The position numbers and the translations under genes were made by a program. The notes under the pieces are model-generated. The model saw nothing but the letters and a program-made list of their open reading frames with translations. It did no database searches and was not told where the DNA came from. Shown here one piece after another: positions 1 through 6,287 of a DNA stretch of 6,287 nt. This DNA is from Paraspadella gotoi (taxonomy: Eukaryota; Animalia; Chaetognatha): NCBI GenBank assembly GCA_051294375.1, contig JBJCIZ010001629.1, positions 1 to 6,287 of the forward strand, in the 5' to 3' direction. Position 1 is the stretch's first letter. Each line of letters begins with the position of its first letter.

Positions 1-214
1 ATTAGTAAAAACACGAGGCGAGGCGGAAGCGAAGGGTGGAGACGTGATATGTTCGGAATGGCCGTTAGAAATCGTAAGGACAAATCAACGTATTGTAAAG
101 ATTGCCAGAGGATTGTTAACTTGAAGGTTCAGATGGAAAACAATTGATTATTATTGATGTTTGGCATTGCTTAGCATTCTTCATCTCCATTTTGATAGGC
201 TTCTTGGGATTTTT

Positions 215-239
215 ATTCTTGACTCATCAAGTCAAGAAT
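215..239. repeat. Perfect 10-bp inverted repeat with 5-nt spacer
   Basis: ATTCTTGACT-catca-AGTCAAGAAT. Confidence 0.85.
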
Positions 240-292
240 TATCAATAGAGTAGGATATGATTAGAACTAGAAAAAACACAATATTGTCGTTT

Positions 293-306
293 AAAAAAAA
301 AAAAAG
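293..306. repeat. A14 homopolymer
   Basis: 14 consecutive A residues. Confidence 0.9.
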
Positions 307-376
307 GGGCATTTTAAGTTTAAAAACGTATTTTCAAAATTCTGCTCGGGCGTCTCTCCGTTCTCTCAGGCCTCAC

Positions 377-470
377 TTGTTGGATATTTTCGCATTTCTC
401 CCTTCGGGTATGCCATGGGGACCTCGGCGCCCTTTTGATACTCGTGACGGGTCATCGACGAAAGGCGGAG
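377..470 (-). CDS. Candidate 94-nt internal exon (LRLSSMTRHEYQKGAEVPMAYPKGEMRKYPT in phase 0); the gene probably continues left of the window
   Basis: Acceptor TCGTCGTCATCTTTCTTCAG| (AG at 472-471) and donor CAA|GTGAGG (GT at 376-375). Base composition is balanced and the translation is non-repetitive. AT-rich intron-like DNA with a T14 run follows. Phase 1 is also open; phase 2 is closed. Confidence 0.55.
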
Positions 471-828
471 CTGAAGAAAGATGACGACGAACAACCGACG
501 ACCAGCGGACGACAGTCCCCAAGTTGGGTTCATTTGGCCGGGCCAAAAGTCGAGAACGTTTTGTCCGATCGATGAGGGAATGGGTAGGAAGAGCGCGCGT
601 GAGTAGAGATGAGATTGGGAGATGACGGAGCAGCCGCCTCGGCGGAGGCACACCGGAGGTCAAGGACGGCCGTCGGTCCGCTTGCAACGCTTAAACAGGG
701 CCACACAGGCGCCGAATCATCCAGCATCGGGTACGCGGTCAGGGAGCGGCCGGCGGACGGACAAGAGGGGGCCGCCCCGGTGCCGTCCAATCGGGCGCCG
801 ACTCCGCCCTGGCGGAACGCTTGGGCCG

Positions 829-1572
829 TCAGTAAAGTTTGAAACGGGAGCGGTGGAAGAAAAAGGGTGGTTTGAGGATGTTTGGGAGGAATGTTGGGGA
901 AGGTGATGGTGGTGGCCTGGTGATATGGCCGGTTTGCCGTAGAAGTGATGGATCGCTGATTAAACCGAAGGAATCTTGACCAGTAGGTAGGAGATGAAAG
1001 GAAACCCCGTGGAGTGGAGGGCGGGGCTGAAATGGCTTCCCGAGGAAAGGGATCAAAGCATCGGGTTGAGTGCCCGGGGGCGCCAACGGAGGACTGCCCG
1101 ATGCGGAGTAAAGGGGGGCCTGGAGCGCAGGAGGCCTCCGGGGGTTTGGATGGGGGTAGAGAGGGGATGGAACCCGGGCCGGCGGGGGTTGAGCCGGCGC
1201 GGCTCCTGCGACCGGCCGGGGGGCTCGGAGGAAGGAAGAGCCGCCTCTTGACGGCGAGGATGGCAGGGAGGGAGCCAGGGAGATCTCATTGGGCAGGGAG
1301 AAGGGTGAAGCCGTGGAAGGGAAGAGGGGGATGGAGTTAATGAAGTGAGGGGGATAAGGGGGTGGAATGGGGAAGAGAGGAGCAGAGGGATTAAGACGAA
1401 GGGTCAAGGGGTTACCATGACAAAGGGAAGAGGGAAGGATAATGAGAAGAGGGAAGTAAATAGGGAGATACGAGAATGAGTAGAAAGTAAGAGGAGTTAG
1501 GGGTGGTGAAAAAAAAGATATGGATAGAAGAGTTAGTTCAATACATAAAGCAAAAAACATCATCTGTGAGCG
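829..1572 (-). CDS. Candidate long exon / ORF: hydrophobic N-terminal segment followed by a Pro/Ser-rich low-complexity region; product unknown
   Basis: This is the longest ORF in the window (829-1563). It begins 9 nt after the TTTCCAG acceptor and in frame with it (CGC TCA CAG ATG). Caveat: this strand is C/T-rich and depleted of stop codons, and a second overlapping frame is also open from about 1285 to 530. Confidence 0.3.
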   Translation of the reverse strand, partial: RSQMMFFALCIELTLLSISFFSPPLTPLTFYSFSYLPIYFPLLIILPSSLCHGNPLTLRLNPSAPLFPIPPPYPPHFINSIPLFPSTASPFSLPNEISLAPSLPSSPSRGGSSFLRAPRPVAGAAPAQPPPARVPSPLYPHPNPRRPPALQAPLYSASGSPPLAPPGTQPDALIPFLGKPFQPRPPLHGVSFHLLPTGQDSFGLISDPSLLRQTGHITRPPPSPSPTFLPNILKPPFFFHRSRFKLY

Positions 1573-1744
1573 CTGGAAATCAAAACTTCATGTGTCCCTC
1601 ATTTTAAAGTGTGAATCTTTTATTAATATTTAAAATGGCTTAAAAATGTGCAATGTCAATAATGCTCAATATGTTCCTATTATGCATTTTTAATTATGTC
1701 ACTATAAAAGTAACAAAAAGGAAAGTCCAAAACACTAAACTTAC
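1573..1744 (-). other. Candidate 172-nt AT-rich GT-AG intron
   Basis: On the - strand it reads GTAAGTTT...TTTTGATTTCCAG|. The interior is strongly AT-rich, and splicing joins two open frames in phase 0. Confidence 0.5.
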
Positions 1745-1792
1745 TCCAGTGAAGGGCTGGGAGTGGGGGCGTTTCCTTCCCATCGCAATCAT
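1745..1792 (-). CDS. Candidate exon MIAMGRKRPHSQPFTG; the exon may begin further upstream, e.g. at the CTGTCCAG acceptor at 1922-1921
   Basis: Ends at a consensus donor GGA|GTAAGT (GT at 1744-1743), exactly where GC-rich sequence switches to AT-rich. In-frame ATGs lie at 1792 and 1783. Confidence 0.35.
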
Positions 1793-2700
1793 GCCTCGCT
1801 CGCTTTCCGCAGCCGTTCTACTTTTTCGCGCCCGGCGTTCAATCGGGGAGGCCGGGCGGCGTGCGTGTGGGCGCAAGGGTAACGCGACGGCCGTTGGGCA
1901 TCCACAGCGGCGGTCGATCGCTGGACAGGTTGGGCGGCGGGTGCGCCGGAACAATCACTAGGGCGCAGTCGGCCTCGGGGGCCGGGTCGGCAGAGAGCGG
2001 AGACGGATCAACAGCATCGAGCGCCGGCGTTTAGGAGCCCAAAGACTTTGGGGCGGGCCGGGGGAGTATTCTGCGTGCCGTTGTAGTAAACAAGTCGGTC
2101 CCGTTCATGGGCGCCCCGTGCGAGTCGCGGACGCCATCCGGAGGAAAAACCCGCGGCGGGCCGGGGTTCCGTATCGGCTGGCGGGTCGTGGGACGGGAAA
2201 ATCGGGCCTACCCAAAGAGGTTTGAGCGAGGCGCCGGGTTGGGGAGCCAGGCCGGCCCCGGGCCCATCGGCCTGTCTCTTCGCTGCGGTCGGAAAGATTT
2301 TTGGCGACTCTGGGCTGATGGGCTGTTGGAAGTTCGAAGTGCTGTGCGTGGGGGTGCGACGTCGGCGGCCCCAGATTGAGTTGCGTCAACGGCGCCGTTC
2401 GTGGCGCCGCTCCGCAAGTCGGCGGACCTGCGGGCGTCGGAATTCACTTCGCCGGCGCCGTCCGAAGGATGGAAGCGGAGAGTTTGATCGAAAATGGACG
2501 AAGGGTGAGGGAAAGCAGGAAAGGGGTGAGGGCTGAGGCGAACGGCCCCATGGTGAGGAGCACCGACGGATGACGGACCGACGACCGACACACTCGCCGA
2601 CGCGGACGTCCGATCGAGAAAGACGGACGCCCGGAGCCGGCCCATAGGCTGTCGTAGCATAATTATACGGCCGTTTAGGCGAGCGGGGAATTTGGGGGAA
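1750..2700. promoter_or_regulatory. GC/CpG-rich island, possible internal promoter or 5' region upstream of the 1792 ATG
   Basis: Visibly GC-rich (two lines hand-counted at about 55% and 73% GC) and bounded by AT-rich blocks at 1600-1745 and 2700-2980. It contains GGGCGG boxes near 1854, 1932 and 2051. No convincing protein-like ORF in any frame. Confidence 0.3.
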
Positions 2701-3130
2701 ACCCGACCACAAAAGAAACGAATTTATAGTACAATAAAATTTAATTATATACATCCAAGTTAATTAATATAAGAACTTTCAATTTTTTGGCTCTAATTTT
2801 GCTCTGGCATTCCCCTATTTTAATTAATTGATTATAAGCCATTGGGGGCGCGCCTTTATACAATTAGCCCGAACATTGGGCATCATTTAGGGCACGCAAA
2901 AATTTTCGTGACTTCGGTTGTACATCTATTTATTTTTTTTTGGTTTGGTACTTTTCTTTTGATCAATAAGCGAAAAATTAGCCGCCATCGGTTAGCCCTT
3001 TTCGTCGTTTTTCCTTCGTCCGAATGAAGAAGTCGAAACTGGCAAAATATCGGGTCCACCAGAGTCGCACGGGAATCGAAAGGGTAAACCGTGGGAAAGC
3101 GAAGCCCCGACCGCAACCGGTACCCAGAGT

Positions 3131-3172
3131 CTGGACGAAAACGAACTGACTTCGACGGATAAACGACCTTAC
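3131..3172 (-). other. Candidate 42-nt GT-AG intron
   Basis: On the - strand it reads CGA|GTAAGGTCGTTTATCCGTCGAAGTCAGTTCGTTTTCGTCCAG|ACT. The flanking exon frames are not resolvable and could be UTR. Confidence 0.3.
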
Positions 3173-3544
3173 TCGAAGTTGCAGCGACGAGAAAGAAATG
3201 CGCCGGACAGGCTGAGCGCAAACCATGGAGAACTTTACAGGAAACGAAGATACTGGGAACGGACGGAGGACGGAAACGAAGGCTTCGGGCCGCAGGTCAC
3301 CCACCCTATTGGACGGACGAAAACGATTATTTTAAACTAAGTAACTTAGGAACAACAGGCAATTTTTCTGGGGTAAGAAGAGGCGAAGATGAACACCGGA
3401 TGGACAAAAGCGGGTGAAGCGTAACAAATGACGCCCTGACGAGGAAAGACGGGACCGGATACGGAACTGTGATCGATTAGCGAAAAGAGAGGGACGATCA
3501 AAAATATTGACGAACGAGAACAACAGACGGAAAACAGATGGCCG

Positions 3545-3601
3545 TCAAACACAACAACAACAACTCTGGCTGGGGCGCGTGAAACGTAACGACGAGGCCC
3601 G
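3545..3601 (-). CDS. Candidate terminal exon RASSLRFTRPSQSCCCCV* (phase 0)
   Basis: Follows the TTCTTCAG acceptor at 3603-3602 and ends at the TGA at 3547-3545. The Cys run is encoded by a (TGT)n microsatellite, so it may be fortuitous. Confidence 0.22.
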   Translation of the reverse strand, partial: RASSLRFTRPSQSCCCCV

Positions 3602-3651
3602 CTGAAGAACGGTGGAGATTGGCGGGCGACTAGAAAGTTTGAAATGCTTAC
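3602..3651 (-). other. Candidate 50-nt GT-AG intron
   Basis: On the - strand it reads GTAAGCATTTCAAACTTTCTAGTCGCCCGCCAATCTCCACCGTTCTTCAG. Both ends match consensus, and the length is typical of the short-intron class in nematodes. Confidence 0.4.
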
Positions 3652-3729
3652 GTGAAGATCCCGAGGGGGAGACGCGCGCACGTCGGCGACCCCGCTGCGC
3701 CCGGGCGAAGGCTGCGCTTTGGGACCGAA
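3652..3729 (-). CDS. Candidate 78-nt internal exon (FGPKAQPSPGRSGVADVRASPPRDLH in phase 0; all three frames open)
   Basis: Acceptor CTGATTCCCTTTCAG| has a branch-like CTGAT and TTTCAG (AG at 3731-3730). Donor is CAC|GTAAGC (GT at 3651-3650). The body is GC-rich. Confidence 0.4.
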
Positions 3730-3827
3730 CTGAAAGGGAATCAGTCCGTCGGATCCCAAAGACCCAGAGCCTTCGTCGTGGCATTGTATCGACGCGAAGG
3801 TGGCGGTAAGTGGGGGGGTGGAGGTGA

Positions 3828-3853
3828 GGGGTTGGGAAGGAGGGGTTAGCGGG
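3828..3853 (+). other. Canonical G-quadruplex motif
   Basis: GGGG-tt-GGG-aagga-GGGG-ttagc-GGG, with an additional G7 run at 3812-3818. This is a motif match only; folding is not shown. Confidence 0.55.
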
Positions 3854-3981
3854 AGATAGCTTTAGTTGATTATGAGGATCGTGACGCTAGGAGGGGTTTT
3901 AAAATAAGGTTTGACGAGGGAAAAGGTGGAAATAAGATGATAAATAACTACAGGTTCGGAAAGATAACAGGGGTTGCTTAC

Positions 3982-4023
3982 GTCGCTCTTTATAACTAAC
4001 CGCCACAAGCAGCTGACTAATTT
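3982..4023 (-). CDS. Candidate 42-nt internal exon (KLVSCLWRLVIKSD in phase 0, or xISQLLVAVSYKER in phase 1)
   Basis: Acceptor GTTTTAG| (AG at 4025-4024) and donor GAC|GTAAGC (GT at 3981-3980). Length is a multiple of 3. The reading frame cannot be fixed from sequence alone. Confidence 0.35.
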
Positions 4024-4327
4024 CTAAAACCTTGTGTGTGCCGTTTCGCTCCCAACTTCCACTGAGAGAACATCACGATCAGGATTTGTCATGCAAGAAC
4101 GCGCCACGAGACTATAATAACGAAAGTTTGTAGATAAGGTTAGTAGCTGAATGAATTTTCTTGAAAATTTTAAAGATCTATAGGCATCCCCTTGAGTAGA
4201 TAAGTATAATAAAAGTATAGACTCGGATGAATATTCAGTCAAAATAGCAAAATATAGAACCCACAATAGACTAGACGAAACGAAACGACGAAACGACCGG
4301 GTTTCTCGCATTAAACATTTTTTACAC

Positions 4328-4397
4328 CTTCTCCCTCGGTTTCCACGGGTTTTTGTTCGGCATCAACTCTTGGAAGAGCTGCCCTCCATCGGGAGCC
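4328..4397 (-). CDS. Weak candidate internal exon (W)APDGGQLFQELMPNKNPWKPREK
   Basis: Preceded by a long T/C-rich TCGT tract (4424-4480). Phase-compatible with the 5324-5421 exon (phase 2 in, phase 0 out). Both splice sites are non-optimal: acceptor CTTACGAG|, donor AAG|GTGTAA. Confidence 0.2.
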
Positions 4398-5006
4398 CTC
4401 GTAAGAGCGATGTCGCAAGAACACCGACGACGACGAGGACGAAAACGACGACGAAACGAAACGAAAAACGACGAAAAAAAGGAATGAATACGGTGCGAAA
4501 GGAAAAACATTTTTACCGGACTTCCCCGCCGGAATCCACACTTGTCAAAACCCCTCCCCGGGGCCCCGTCTTCCTCTTGCCCCTTGCTCCGCCTCTCTCC
4601 CCTCAACAATTCAAGGGTCGTCTTACCCGAAACCTACGGAGTTTTAGGCGGAAATCCTCTGCCCTCACACGCATCCTAACTGTCGGAGGGGTCCCTCAAA
4701 AATCTTCCCTAACTAAATGCAGCAGCGTCCTCGTTGCGGCGCTACAGTTTTTGGCGCGTCAGGCCATTTTTTAGAGCGGCAAGCCCGATGATACTCTCCC
4801 GCCCATCTTCGCCCTTGCTAAGTTTTCGGGCTAATGAGCCCAATCCTATTTCGTGATTTTTATCCACTCCCCGCGTGCACTTCGGTTTGTCGGGAATCGT
4901 ACACTGTGCTTTCCCGATCCGCCGGTGCAAGTCTCTCTCGTCGGCCTCACTTGCCGAATTCGATGCCGTTTTCCGCAAACGGCCGCACCCGGCAACGCCG
5001 CATCGG

Positions 5007-5037
5007 CCCTACGCCCTTCTCCCAGCCCCCCACCCCC
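5007..5037 (-). other. Canonical G-quadruplex motif
   Basis: On the - strand GGGGG-t-GGGGGG-ct-GGG-agaa-GGG-cgta-GGG (five G-runs, loops 1-4 nt). This is a motif match only. Confidence 0.6.
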
Positions 5038-5323
5038 AACATTTTCCGGGAAATCGGCGGAAACTGTTTGGTGTTTTCGAACCCGAAAATCACTCGAAGA
5101 ATCTGCGAGATTTTGGCGGCGAAAAAATGCCGGGGCGCGACTTGAGCCGATGACGACGACGACGAGCGAAACGACGGACGACGACACAAAAACAACCACC
5201 GATGAACGACTATGGTATGGAGGACGAACGATGACGACGAAAAAGTTACAGGGAATTTAGGCGTTATGAGAAATCTTCAAAAGGAGAGCTTGCGTAGCTC
5301 AATTTTCCTTACCCTAACCTTAC

Positions 5324-5421
5324 CAAACGTTCAATGACGTGGATGCGATGCTCCGATTCGTCAAGTCATAAAGGTCGTTAAAGTCGTCGTAGTCGTTAAC
5401 GTCGTCGTCGTGATCGTCCAT
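5324..5421 (-). CDS. Candidate first coding exon of a spliced gene, acidic N-terminus MDDHDDDVNDYDDFNDLYDLTNRSIASTSLNV(W/C); product unknown
   Basis: On the - strand the ATG at 5421 sits in a strong Kozak-like context (GCCGCCGCTATGG) after a (CTC)n leader. The frame is open for 98 nt and ends at TTTG|GTAAGG (donor GT at 5323-5322, phase 2), immediately before an in-frame TAA. No homology recognised. Confidence 0.5.
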
Positions 5422-5434
5422 AGCGGCGGCGACA

Positions 5435-5470
5435 GAGGAGGAAGAGGAGGAGGAGGAGGAGGAGGAGGAG
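5435..5470. repeat. (GAG)n/(CTC)n trinucleotide microsatellite
   Basis: GAG GAG GAA followed by 9 perfect GAG units (5444-5470). Confidence 0.95.
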
Positions 5471-5582
5471 TGAGTTGATTTTAATTTTCGTCTTTTGTCG
5501 TGGACGGACAAAAGAAAGAGGATGAACGAAGGGAAAACGATCGGTTGGGGAATCGTTGGCAGAACGGTGGGGAGGGAAAGAG

Positions 5583-5975
5583 GAATGAATGAATGAAGGA
5601 ATGGAGGAATGAATGAATGAATTAAAGATATGAACAAATGGCTGAATGAATAAAAGAATATATATTGAATAGTTTAATGAATTAATTAAAGATTGAATGA
5701 ATTTGTGAAATGAAAGAGGAAAGAATTAATGAATGAATAAATAAATGAATGAATAAATAAATGAATGAATGAATGAATGAATGAATGAATGAATGAATGA
5801 ATGAATGAATGAATGAATGAATGAATGAATAAACAAAGAAAGAAGGAAAGAAAGAAATAAATAAATTAATAAATGAATTAATGATATGATCAAATGACTG
5901 AATAAATAAAAGAATAAATATTGAAATGGATGAATGATTGAATTGAAGAATGGATAAATTTATTAAATGAATGAT
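5583..5975. repeat. (AATG)n/(GAAT)n microsatellite with degenerate AATA/GAAA flanks
   Basis: Perfect AATG run at 5760-5830 (71 nt, about 17.75 units). Shorter GAAT runs lie at 5583-5620 and 5728-5754, with degenerate copies out to about 5975. Confidence 0.95.
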
Positions 5976-6287
5976 TATTATTTTAGAAAAAAGTAGCCAT
6001 TTAAATTTGAAATAACAAATTCGACTCTTTGACAAACAACAGAAAACTCTTCTTTTTTCTAATCTAAACATTTATTTTTGACGCAGGGGGATTCTCGGTG
6101 CTTTCCTTTGATTTATTTGGGTGGCGCCACTCCCTACGGTCAAATGCGATCTTCATTTTCAAATGGCGCCTGTGCTCCTGAAACCGAACTTAACATGGTC
6201 TTTTTCTTGAAAAACTGAAGCCCTCTTCTTAATAAGACTCGTCACTTTAAATCCTATGAGTTAATCTAGTTCTATATATCAAACAGG

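Noticed and set aside
377-400. MRKYPT resembles the MRKYPNRPSK linker preceding EGR-family zinc fingers
   Set aside because: Only five residues match, and no zinc-finger exon is visible in the window.
2105-2754. Five overlapping ORFs on both strands (Arg/Gly/Pro/Ala-rich)
   Set aside because: Expected from stop-codon scarcity in GC-rich DNA. Most start at non-ATG codons and none shows a recognisable motif.
2739-2762. TTTAATTA...CCAAGTT resembles the nematode SL1 leader
   Set aside because: It needs a multi-base insertion, lacks the GG start and TGAG end, and has no following donor or Sm site.
3982-4360. NPWKPREKK..SC resembles a G-protein gamma C-terminus, and IKSDFG (across the next junction) resembles a kinase DFG motif
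   Set aside because: Both depend on hypothetical junctions, and the rest of each domain is absent.
4951-5102. Possible - strand exon between a TCGCAG acceptor and a CAA|GTGAGG donor (GGCCTCACTTG is shared with 369-379)
   Set aside because: Splicing from the phase-2 start exon creates TG|A, a stop. The 11-bp match is mostly donor-like consensus. It could still be a separate or noncoding exon, but this is unsupported.
2675-5320. Scattered TTAGGC (about 2676, 4644, 5257) and CCCTAA (5312-5317) telomere-like hexamers
   Set aside because: Isolated single copies, not tandem arrays.
5682-6071. 129-aa ORF with FIHS repeats
   Set aside because: It is a direct translation of the (CATT)n microsatellite, a classic spurious ORF.
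1-6287. CRISPR array, tRNA/rRNA, transposase or prokaryotic operon
   Set aside because: No regularly spaced 23-50 bp repeats, no recognisable structural RNA, no long catalytic ORF, and coding density is far too low for a prokaryote.

Overview
This window looks like eukaryotic (probably invertebrate) genomic DNA rather than prokaryotic or viral DNA. It alternates AT-rich stretches with CpG-rich GC islands and carries (AATG)n and (GAG)n microsatellites. The + strand is purine-rich over most of its length. The - strand has several good GT-AG splice sites, with short TTTCAG/TTTTAG-type acceptors and 42-50 nt candidate introns. These features plus the lack of CpG depletion suggest a nematode-like genome, but that is inference only. 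The best reading is a mostly intronic/regulatory region of one or more multi-exon genes on the - strand. Candidate exons are 5324-5421 (start exon), 4328-4397 (weak), 3982-4023, 3652-3729, 3545-3601, 1745-1792, 829-1572 and 377-470. I recognise no protein family and assign no gene symbols. Most ORFs in the supplied track are probably composition artefacts. I see no rRNA, tRNA, CRISPR array or transposase. The most testable leads are two hand-built spliced models (a 114-aa peptide ending in CCCCV and a 263-aa hydrophobic-leader, Pro-rich protein), strand-polarised TCGT tracts next to acceptors, and a ~520-bp block with inverted strand skew. I found nothing I can claim as a demonstrated novel system.
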